Assembly (NCBI GenBank): GCA_951406725.2 | Contig: OX597817.1 | Span: 98,208,001 to 98,272,000, forward strand | DNA from: Octopus vulgaris | Lineage: Eukaryota | Direction: 5' to 3' | DNA length: 64,000 bases | Translations under genes and position numbers: made by a program | The notes under the pieces: model-generated | What the model saw: the letters and a program-made list of their open reading frames with translations, nothing else | The model's database searches: none | Told to the model about the DNA's origin: nothing | In this document: positions 51,931 through 64,000 of the stretch, in pieces | Layout of the letters: each line of letters opens with the position of its first letter | How positions within the stretch are numbered: the first letter of the stretch is position 1

Positions 51931-52295
51931 TTTATTTATCTATCTAATTATATTTAGAAATTTAACAGTGTGATGGAGGGTAGTGAAGAAATAAAGAAAG
52001 TGTCTATATATTTAGAGAGATTGAGTGGCTGAGAGAAGAGAGAAAGAAAGAGAGTGAGTGAGAGAGAGAATGTTCGCTTCTATATATTTAGGAAGATTGA
52101 GAGGCTGAGAGAAGAAAGACGGTGTGACAGAGAGAAGAAAAGAGACAGACAAAGAGGCGTGATGGAGAAAAGTGAAGAGACAGAGAGAGGGGTATGTATT
52201 TATAATAGAGATTGAGGGTCTGACTGAGAGAAGAAAGACTGTGTTAGAGAGAAGAGAGAGACAGTGTGTCAAAACACACACACACACACACACAT

Positions 52296-52331
<36 letters not shown>

Positions 52332-53175
52332 TATATTTAGGGAGTTTGAGGGGCTGAGAGAAGGACGGTGCAATAGAGAAAAGTAAACAGAAAGAGAGTG
52401 TGTGTGTCTGTATTTATAGAGAGGAAATATAGAGAGAGAAAAAGAGAAAGCAGTAGAAGAGATATTAAGAGTCTGAGAGAAGAAATATGAGATGATGAAG
52501 TGAAGTAAAGAGATAGAGAGAGAGTGTGTGTATACATATTTAGAGAGAGGCAATAGTGAAAGGGGAAATGATGGTACGATGCAGAAGAGAGAGAGAGAGA
52601 AGTTATGAAAAGGATTCTACTTGGATAGGGAAAATAAATAAAGGAACAAATAAATATATACCTATCTGTAACTACGGAAATTCTCCTAAATCAGGTGTAA
52701 TGAAAGTTAAACCTCTCTACAATAATGAATAATCTTGTAAGTCAAAAGCAAAACAGAGAAAAAAGACCTTATGTAAATTTAACCTTCTACTTTCCCCTAA
52801 TATTTGCCTTCAATAAATGACAGAAAATGCACAAATACTTATCTGTATATATCCATATATATATATATATATGGATATGCTACTACTATGGTTGCACCTA
52901 CGGAAGAAGTGGATGAGGTCCCAGGAAAGGGCACCGCCATCAACTTCATCATCATCATTGCTACTTTGCAGCAAATTCATTACCATCATCATTCAAATTT
53001 TACTTCAACTTCTTTCGTGTTGAGTACAGTAACAATCTTTATTTTTTAAAATCTAAAGTGTTATTGCTTAACAGTTGTCCTTGTTATTAATAGACTACTG
53101 TAATGAGTAGGTAGTTAACAGTAGAGGGAGGGTTTTAAAAGTCCAAATACACATTAAATATATATTGTAAATATT

Positions 53176-53253
53176 GTGTCCCTACTTCGCGGAAAATTCA
53201 GTTATCGTGGCCGGTCTCGGAACCAATCTACTGTGATAAACAAGGGATCACTG
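53176..53253. mobile_element. Tigger/pogo-like MITE end
   Basis: Ends gggatcactg|ta, resembling CAGT-type TIRs with a TA TSD. Confidence 0.45.
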
Positions 53254-53278
53254 TATGTGTATGTGTATATATATATAT

Positions 53279-54203
53279 TGTTACGAACCTGCCGTCGCTC
53301 AAACTCTTCAGGAAAAAACCCGGGACCCTACCAAGTCGAGCGACGACGATTGACCGGCTCGATCGATCGGGGAAAGTTCGCTACGGAAAGAGAGATAATT
53401 CGGTGGGGAAGAATGGCAGCAGCGAACCCGGGCAACCGGCGAGAACCGACAACAACAACAACAGCAGTAAGAGACACAAAGAGAGACGGCAGAAGGCAAT
53501 TGGCTACATTTAACAACGGTTTATACAATTATACAGTTCATAGACAAATAAGTTCAGATCAAATCAAAGCAATGATACATCAGGTATACAACAAATCAAA
53601 GCATTTAAAGAAAACAACAAATCAATACATTATACAATGTTCAAATCACATTAATGTTCACGATACAGTTCAAAGTCTTTCTCCTTCTTTTAAAGTCTCT
53701 TTAGCACTGTTCTTTCTTTTCGACAAGTCTTTTACTTAATTCACATATCAATTCTTTTACATTTCAACACAACTCAACAACACATACTATTTCAATTCCT
53801 TCTATCCGCCATAATCCCTCTGTGTATGTCTTTCTCAACCTCTCATCCTCTCACTGTCTGCCTGTCGTTCTCAACGCTGTCACTCTCTCTCTCCTAGTTC
53901 TGTAATACCATCTGTCTGTCTTCCCTTACGCTGTCGCCGCCTCAAGCCATAATCCCATCTGCCTTGTTACCACCTCAGTTTCTCCGGCCGACTGACCCAC
54001 AGACTCACAGCTCCTGCCTTTTTATAGGGTAGTTCCCTTGACCCTTCCCTGACCGGGAAAAGGGTAGGGGTCTTTCCAAAAGCCATCACTCTTTCGTGAA
54101 TCTGACAGAACAAAGGACAATAACTTTAGATTGTAGACTTCCAGACTCCAAGCCAGCAAAGTAGGTCAAAAGCAGTTGTTTACCAGTTGACCTACTCGTA
54201 TCA
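53279..54203 (-). mobile_element. Solo LTR (about 925 bp)
   Basis: TGTTACGA...TCGTATCA inverted termini, ATAT on both flanks, and minus-strand TATA box CCTATAAAAAGG at about 54017-54028. Confidence 0.7.
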
Positions 54204-54204
54204 A

Positions 54205-55236
<1,032 letters not shown>

Positions 55237-56156
55237 TCCATATATATATTATGGCGGTTTATTCTACCTTAAGCTTTCTCTTAACTTATATTATTTTATT
55301 TGGCTTTTTTCTGAGTAAGGGAGAATATAATGATTAAACGTCACTTATACTTAAGTGTTATCATTATACCTAAAACCCTAACTACAGTATATAACGTCAT
55401 AGAGACATATACACATGAACGCTATGAATATTAATGACATGTATGTTGAATATTTTCTTCGTGTCCTTTTAACCGCTATAAGAAAATATAAATTAAGGAT
55501 TACAGAAATGCATATTTATTTATGCTCAGTTGAAAAATGAACGTGAAGAGAAACATTTTCTTGGTTAGTTTTATTATATAAATATAACATTTTATATTAT
55601 TTACAGTAGGAAAGAAAGATAATGTTGTCATGAAGAAGAACGACTATAAATTCATTAACTAATACATTAATCAACAAATCAAAATAGACTTGTGATTAAC
55701 TTTAGACATGGCATGAAAATTACCGATGTCTCAAAAGAGTGTCGTGGAGTTTAGTGACATCCAACAAACACAAGTTTTTCCCAAAGTCCAGGGTTTTTTA
55801 TAACTGCTCAACTTGACTTAAAAGAATCGAAATCCATTACAAATATTTTTTACGAAACTTTTAGAATCTTATGAGCAGTTATATTAACCAATAGAAAAAA
55901 ACGAAAATAATAATTCTTCGGCAAAGACATTACGTCATATTACCAATTCGCGCCATATTTCAAAATGGCTAAAATGGTTATTGCTACAATACATATACAA
56001 ATAAGAAACTGGAGAAACAAATTCATCTCGTTCATCAACTTACGGATATTATAATTTTACATTATTTATTAATTATACAAATGGGAACATCAAAATCAAA
56101 CAAAACATTATAAATCAATATGTAATATAATAATAAAATAATACAAATAAACGACT

Positions 56157-56286
56157 CCTTACAGCTGTTTCAGCCTATGGTCAAGAGTCATTTCAACATA
56201 TATTGCCTATAGATGTCAGTATATTATGGTTTTGGGCATTCAAAATTATACTTATATGTTAAAAGAACCATAGGCCTTGTCAGAGG
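56157..56286 (-). ncRNA. Hammerhead ribozyme-like motif (core CTGACAA, probably decayed)
   Basis: Minus strand: cct-CTGACAA-g-GCCTATGG...CCATAGGC-t-GAAAC-AGCT-GTA-agg. Confidence 0.65.
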
Positions 56287-56410
56287 GTATATTTAACTTG
56301 AAACGTATAATAATTGATATACAAAACATGCTGCACTTATTATCCAATATATACAAATAAATAATAAAACAAATATCCAAAATGCCTACATATATATATA
56401 TAACTAAAAA

Positions 56411-56538
56411 TAAGGGTGTCTGAGAGACACCACCATGCCGAAATAGCAGTCAAATTCCTGACTCTAAAAACCACGTCGTTTTTAGAGTCAGGGATTTGAC
56501 TGCTATTTCGGAATGGTGGTGTCTCTCAGACACCCTTA
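56411..56538. repeat. Near-perfect palindrome with 61-bp arms
   Basis: 56411-56471 pairs with 56478-56538 and has few mismatches. Confidence 0.9.
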
Positions 56539-56683
56539 TACACTACCACGTTTAAGAGTACCAACAGTATTAATGTTTTAACGATAATACTAAACATATT
56601 ATACGTACTATATTCATGTTTACTAACATAACAAAAATTCACGATACAAGGTACGAAATATAAATATTCATATATGCACACAA

Positions 56684-56750
<67 letters not shown>

Positions 56751-57834
56751 AACAAAATATTTGCGTATGAGTATATTAATCATACAAACATAATCTAGAT
56801 ATTACTTAACGCATCCATGTGACATGAACAAATTTAATTTTAGCATCCAAAATATTCAATCCAAACTATATGTCTAAGCTGGGTTAGGTCCACAAAATAT
56901 AAGTCTCTGTTATATGCATATTGGATTTCACAATGTTTACGTTTCTGTTATATGGATATTAAAATTAATACATCCACGTATTCAAACAAATTCAATTTTA
57001 AAAATCAGAGTAGCAAATTAAACTCCATGTCAAAGTTGAATTTAGTCCAAAGGTTTGTGTTTATGTTTATGCATATTAAATATTTAAAGATATTTAAAAT
57101 TATATTGGGGGTTAGGGAGCGGTCATTTAAATCATTGGCTATCTAACTTATGCATATTAAATATTTAAAAATATGTTTGGGGTTAGGGAGCGGTCACTTT
57201 AATTCATGATCTATTTCCTATTGGCTAATTCGTTTAAACGCATCCGTTAGGCCTGTTTTAAAACAATATGGGGGTCAGAATATTAGTTAGATAGATCATA
57301 GTTTATCTAAACTAAATAAATTGTTAAATAAAAGTCCATTCATTTATATGTTAAAACTTGGATAGGTATTTACAAAAAACAGACAACTATATCTTCGATC
57401 ATATTTATACCTAATAAGTGATTTATACTCACCTATAAAGTTACACGTTAAGTAAACAAAAATAACTATATCTTCTATCTTATTTTACACTTTTGAATTG
57501 CATTTATACATACATGCACGTCTATGCATACTTAAACCAAAAAGTATATGATGGAGAACACAAACTTACATATAGTTACGCATTACATAAACATAAACAA
57601 CTGTATCTTCTATCTTATTTAATACTTTCGACTTGTATTTATACATACATACACATCAATGCATTACTTCCACAAAAAAAGTATACGATGGACAGCGCAA
57701 ACTTACATTTAATGGAATACATGTATATATATATACTTATGCATCCATTTGCATAGACACAAGCATACATACATAAATGTGGATGAGAAAACCATCGTGT
57801 ACTGTCAATAAATATATAAATAAAAATACATATC

Positions 57835-57888
<54 letters not shown>

Positions 57889-58049
57889 CACACACATATA
57901 TGCATACACATACATTCAAGCATATAAACATATGACCTCTTACAATCCTCATAAATGGACACATATGCATACACAAACAAACATTCATACATACACACTA
58001 ATCCAAACACGTATATTCATACATCTACATTTCTGCATCAATAAATATA

Positions 58050-61000
58050 TGGATGCCTACAAAATTAACCCTAATAGGTATGTCTACAATTAAACATGGA
58101 TAGACAGATACAGAAAGCAAACATTAGTAGTTCAATTTGTACTCCAATTAGACCACGAATTACGATTAAAGACCATAAAGGTAATTTCCCTAATAATACA
58201 CAAGTTAGATTAATCTGTCCAAGTAAATCGGTCTTAGGTAAATTAAGTAAATTAATCCTAAATAAATATTTACTTATTATTAGAAATAAAATTAAGCTTA
58301 ATTTTTGGAAGAATACAGATGGTGCATTGGAATGGTTTTCAAGTATTAAGGTTGATAATGGTAGTAACCATAAATTTATCCAATTTGATATCCAAAATTA
58401 TTACTCATCTATTAACCCAATAATACTTAACCAAGCTTTAATTTTTGCTAGAAAATACACTAACATTAGCATGAAAGAAATTAAGATTAGTTTGACCGCA
58501 AGAAAAACGGTTATAGAATTCGATAATAAATTATGGGCTAGGAAGGATACACCTGACTTATTTGACATTACAATGGGTTCGCCAGATTCAGCGGAAACGA
58601 CTGATTTAGTAGGGATTTATTTATTAGATAATTTAAGTAGAGAATTCCCTGAATTGAATGGCAGCCTCTATAGAGACTTCATAGATTCTTATTTTTAGTT
58701 AAGAATCTATCTAATAGAAGACTGGAAATACTTCAGAAACGATTGCATAAATTTTTAAAGAGTTTTGGACTATCCATTATTATTGAAAATGAGAATTATT
58801 CTATTAATTATCTTGATGTTAATTGTAACCTCTATACTGGACTCCATGAACCTTATGTGAAACAAAATTCTAATCTAAGATATATAAATAACTCTAGTAA
58901 TCACCCCCCCACAAATTAAAAAAGCACTACTGCTTAGCATTAGTAAAAGAATTTCTAACCTTTCCTCGAATGAAGATATATTTAATAGACACAGTGAAAA
59001 GTATAACTCCGCATTGCATAGGGCAGGATATAATGGTAAAATAAAATATATCCCTAATAACAGCCTCAGTGATAGAAATAAGTCAACAACTACTTATAAG
59101 CATGGGTTAAACAAGCATAACGACAATCCAGACAAAAAGAATAATCGCAAATATAATATTAATATGAATAGCAATAATACTAATAATGGTATAAACAAGA
59201 TTAAAGATCATATATTAGATATTAATAATTATAATATTAATAATAATAATGGAAATAGTAAAGTTAATTTGAACTATTATAACAATAATAACTAAGATAA
59301 AGCATTTAGTCATAATTTTAATAATATAAATTATACTGATTATAGAAAATACAGAGGAAATAAGAGGAATAGGGTATTTGTAAATAATATAGGTAAGCTG
59401 TGTAATCAATATAACGTTACTGATACACTGTGGTTAATAATTCTATATGCTATGCAAATTAAAACTAACATAGTTGGAAATATTTTCAATTTAATAGACA
59501 AGCATTTTGGTAAAGGAAAGAACAAATATTGTGACATAATTAATAATAAAACTATTAGAATAGGATACAGCCTTACTCATAATCTGGCCACCTTCATATC
59601 CTCAATTAATAATAAAATACTTGATTATTTCTATCTAAATAGAAAAAATAATTTAGGTAGCACTAATGTGTCTCACTATAACTTAAGATATAATAATTAT
59701 AACAATACTAGTAATAGTAATCGTAATGGAAACAATAGTAATAGTAATGCTGTAATGAGTAATAATGGCATGGATAATATTCATGGAATTAGTAATAATA
59801 ACACTATAGGTGATAATAATAATAACATAAAATATAACATAAATAAGAGCAATATTATCAATAATGATATGCCAATGGATATGGGAATAATAAGTAATAA
59901 TGATAATAATATTAATAATAATAATATTGATAAGAATACAGCAGCAATTAATCATAATAAAGTAAAGCAATTGCAACAAGATAATTGGTGCAATTGTAGA
60001 ATTAAGGAAAATTGTGTGTTCAATAATGACTGCATGAAAAAGGAGGTAGTATACCAATGCATAGTAAGTACACAATATGATAATAGAGTATATATTGGGG
60101 CTACTAAGAATAATTTGAAACAGAGACTTAATTATCACAGATATACTTTTAAAAATAGGAATAGGATTAATTCTACAGGGTTAAGTGCATATATATGGAA
60201 GCTTAAGGACAAAAATATCAACTATATTTTGCAACGGAAAATACTTATATCTGCACCAGCATATAATAATAGGAATAGAAAATGCTCATTATGCATTAAT
60301 GAGATTTTCTTTGTAATTAGGGCTAATTTACCGATTATTAACAATCTTAAGGAATGAAATGGGTCATGCCTTCATAGACTGGCGTATACTTTCTCTAGAT
60401 GCAAATAATACTTCATTCTAAATACCCTTTGAAATAGATATAAATATTTATAAAAAAATTCTTTGTTACCAGTGGTCTAGCGAGAAGGACAATTGGGTAA
60501 ATGTTTTTATTTTTCATTCCCTTTCAGAATTACAACTATTTGTGGCTTGGAGCTTTAACTGCTCTTTCTAGTGAGTGAGATATCCTTGTATCGGTTATCT
60601 CTTATGTGTTTGAATGTATACTGTATTCTTCTCTGAATAATGTATAGTTTATTGACTAAATTTTTCCTTCTCGCGAGACCACTGGTAACAAAGAATTTTT
60701 CTAGACATATTTTTGCTACCCTAAGATTTTTTAATTAATGATAAAATGTTTTTGGCTAATTTTGGAAGAAAATCGGCAATTTATTTACTGCCGGTTAGTT
60801 CCACATTTGCGCGGTGGATTCGAAAAATTATAACCTATAGACACATGGCAGGTTACTTATCGCCTTGTATCTATATGTTTGATCCCTAGCATCTTACTGA
60901 AGAAGCAGCACCAGATGTAAATTGGAATTATTTTATTTCAATCTATATAAGACTGCAGAAACTATGCATAGTCTAGGACAATAGGGTAAATGTTTTTTAT

Positions 61001-61125
61001 TTTTCATTCCCTTTTAGAATTAACTATTAGTAGCTTGGAATTTTAACTGCTCTTTCTCGTGAGTCACTTATCCTAGTATCGAATATCTCTTATGTGTTTG
61101 AATGTACAATGTATACTTCTCTATA
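58050..61125 (+). mobile_element. Decayed Penelope-like element (Nematis-like RT, GIY-YIG) with Asn-rich inserts
   Basis: TIKDHK.NF, RLICPSKS, QFDI..YY, TMGSPDSAE..DLVG, LYRD. Endonuclease region CNCR..C..C..VVYQ..YIGAT..C.LC..E. Confidence 0.9.
60884..60986 (+). ncRNA. Type I hammerhead ribozyme, intact core
   Basis: Stem I tctta/tagga plus cccta/taggg. CTGAAGA at 60897-60903, stem II gcag/ctgc, GAAA at 60958-60961, palindromic stem III ctatgcatag, and GTC site at 60971-60973. Confidence 0.85.
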
Positions 61126-61154
61126 TATGTATATATATATATATTTATATATAT

Positions 61155-61440
61155 ATATATCACTGTCACTGACCAGGTTATCAGATGTTGCTACACATCG
61201 CTGGTCACTATGCAAGGCGCATTGTTTTAGCCTTCAAATAATGCCAACCCGCTGGCTAAGCGAGCAGGCAAACAGAAAAAAGAGTGGGAGAAAGTTGTGG
61301 CGAAAGAGTACAGCAGGGATCGCCACCCCCCTGCCGGAGCCTCGTAGAGCTTTTACTGTTTTCGCTCAATAAACACCCAAAACCACGATCCTACGACCGC
61401 AAGTCTGCTGCCCTAACCACTGGGCCATTGCGCCTTCATA
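61155..61440 (-). mobile_element. tRNA-derived SINE (another family), internally deleted
   Basis: Minus strand starts ggcgcaaTGGCCCAGTGGttagggcagc (A box). Confidence 0.7.
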
Positions 61441-61453
61441 TATATATGTATAT

Positions 61454-64000
61454 GAAGACTGCCTTATAAAAATAGAAGAAGTTCTAACCACATTAGAACA
61501 ACACATAAGTGTACTTCTTATGGGAGACTTCAATCTGCCAAATGTCAGATGGCCCGAGGGCCTTTCTCTCCCAGGAATGACAAGATGTGAACGAGGACAG
61601 GCGAGGTCCCTCCTGAACCTCATCAACACCCTGTACATGGAGCAGGTAATACTCCAACCAACCAGGGCAGGTAACACACTGGATCTCTGCTTCACAAATG
61701 ACATGGATCTCATCCATAATGTGAAAGTGACACCGACACTACTCTCGGATCACAACATGATAGAGCTAACCATGTACGGGCCAAAAGAGAGCACGGACAT
61801 GCAGCCTACAAGAAACCCCCAGAATCTTTCCAGCTTGAACTACCATAAGGCAAACTGGAAACAAATTGAGAAAGAGATCCTCAAACAAAACTGGCCTAAA
61901 TGTCTCTCCTCGCCAGACATCAACGTGAAACTTCAACAATTCATGTCTGTAATGCAAGCCATATGCTACAAATATGTCCCAGAGAGAAAGGCCACTGTAC
62001 ACAAGAACAAAATCCCCAGAGAGAGGAAAATTCTAATGAGACGGCGTACAAAATTTTCAAATCGCCTAAACAAACAGATTGACAGCAGTGAAAAGTCCCG
62101 CCTAAAAATAAAACTGTTGGAAATCGAAAAATGTCTGAAACTCTCCCATGAAAAGGAAAGAGCAGACAAAGAAGCCTGGGCTATAGACAACATAAAATCT
62201 AACCCCAGAGCTTTCTACAGGTATGCCAAAGAAACAGCTACGGTGCACTGTAGAATAGGGCCACTCCTCGAAAAGGATGGCACACTTACAGGAAAACCAA
62301 TGAGGGTAAGTGAAATACTGAATGAGCAATTCAAGAGTGTTTTCACTCCACCCCTTGGGCATCTCCAAATCACCAATCCAACTGACTTTTTTACCACTGC
62401 AGATATAAAATCAGAGGCGGCGACGATAGATTACATCGATATAAAGGAAGACGATGTAATCAAGGCTATAGATGAAATGAAAACAGACTCAGCTACTGGC
62501 CCCGATGGATTCCCGGAAATCCTCCTAAAAGCATGTAAGAGAGTCCTAGCAAGACCACTGCAGTTCCTCTTTCAGAGCTTCCTTGCAGCTGGCAAACTTC
62601 CAAGAAAACTGAAGGAAGGTAAAATATGCCCCATTCATAAAGGAGGTAGCAGAGCGGAAGCCAAGAACTATAGACCTATCTCTCTGACCTCACACATCAG
62701 CAAGGTCATGGAACGAATAGTCAGAAGGAAGCTGATCACCTTCCTTGAAGAAAATGACTTGCTGCCCGACACCCAACATGGTTTCCGACCAGGGAGAAGC
62801 TGTTTAACTCAGCTCCTACAACACTATGACTGGGTGCTGAAACGGCTGCTCAACCACTCAAATGTGGAAGTGATATATCTCGACTTTGCAAAGGCCTTTG
62901 ATAAAGTCGATCATGGAATGATATGTCACAAACTGCGTGATCTCAACATAGTTGGAAAACTGGGAGAATGGCTTCATGACTTTCTGAAAGATAGAAGTCA
63001 GGTGGTAGTGGCCAATGGGGCCACTTCCATTAACACGCAAATAGTGAGCGGTGTTCCGCAGGGCACTGTTCTGGGACCACTACTGTTCATAATGGCCCTC
63101 TCAGACATGCCCTCAGCCACGCAGAGAGCCACGATCACAAGTTATGCAGATGATACAAAAGTTTCACAGGCAATACAGAACCCTGAGGACACTAAACACC
63201 TGCAATGTGAGCTAGACAAAATATACAAGTGGGCCGAAAAGAATAGCATGCAGTTCAATGCTGAAAAGTTTCAAGCTCTATACTATCAGCATGCAAAACT
63301 AAATGCAATACCCAATGAATACACTGGACCCGGAGGAATAGCAATCCCAGAGGCACAATCAGTGCGTGACCTAGGTATTTACATGAGTGATGACGCGACC
63401 TTTCGTGTACATGTTGCTAAATTGGCAATGAAATGTAGACGACTGGCCGGATGGATCCTCAGAACCTTTAGAACAAGAGAAAGAGAAACCATGATGGTCC
63501 TCTGGAGGACACTTGTCTTAAGCCACTTTGACTACTGCTCTCAGTTATGGTCACCATCCAGTGTCAAGTTGATCACAGAGCTCGAGGCGATCCAACGTAG
63601 CTACACGAAGAAGATAGCCTCTATGCAGAATGTAAGCTACTGGGAAAGACTCAGGAAATTAAAATTATATTCCCTGGAGCGTAGGCGGGAAAGATATGCC
63701 ATAATATACATCTGGAAGATCCTGGAGGGAAGTGTCCTGAACTTTGGCATCGAGAGTTACGCAAATGCCAGAACTGGGCGCCACTGCGTGGTGCCTAGGA
63801 CTCCAAACTTGCCATCAAGATGTAGGAGAAGATTCTGTGATAGCCTGGGCTTCCGAGGCCCACAGCTCTTCAATATCCTCCCGAAGAACCTGAGAGACCT
63901 GCATGGAGTGGATACAGATGTCTTTAAAATGAAGCTGGATCTCTTCCTGTCAGGTGTCCCAGATGAACCAACTTCACGGCAGGAGGGGCAGATGAGGGCA
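61454..64000 (+). CDS. CR1/L2-group LINE ORF2 (partial APE + RT), 5' truncated, runs off the window end
   Basis: GDFN, SDHN, GPDG, NYRPISL, YLDFAKAFDKVDH (62882), SGVPQGTVLGP and YADD (63143) are in one frame. Same family as 49935-51930. Confidence 0.93.

Noticed and set aside
51990-52600. Purine-rich tract
   Set aside because: Degenerate (GA)n low-complexity sequence with no further structure seen.
53176-53739. 187-aa ORF
   Set aside because: Spans a MITE end, a microsatellite and a solo LTR, so it is a chance open frame.
56437-56447. Another GCCGAAATAGC match to the tRNA-Phe 5' end
   Set aside because: Not next to an LTR, and the opposite palindrome arm differs at this site. Treated as coincidence, though it shows 11-mers can match by chance.
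57105-57200. Two GGGGTTAGGG motifs
   Set aside because: Single units within a short local duplication, not a telomeric array.

Overview
AT-rich, microsatellite-rich animal genomic DNA made up almost entirely of transposable elements. The SINE families and (TA)n/(CA)n density suggest an octopus genome (inference). Contents: two decayed, compact (about 4 kb) Gypsy-like LTR retrotransposons with 5-bp TSDs (1462-5653, 18208-22178), and a non-autonomous LTR element (22498-24508). There is also a solo LTR and three Penelope-like elements, one near-intact with two ORFs and direct terminal repeats (27884-33273). Other elements are several hammerhead-ribozyme motifs, RTE, Hero, R4, Tx1 and CR1-group LINE pieces, a Helitron, Merlin/piggyBac/Tigger-type MITEs, a mariner remnant and tRNA-derived SINEs. 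A possible spliced host transcript lies on the + strand (36-45 kb). Most notable signal: both Gypsy-like elements have no canonical TGG primer-binding site and instead carry a 12-nt sequence complementary to the extreme 5' end of tRNA-Phe, flush against the LTR. This suggests priming by a very short 5' tRNA fragment. Second signal: a U-UUU-UUA slippery site phased for a -1 frameshift into the Penelope RT ORF. All calls were made by eye, with no database searches.
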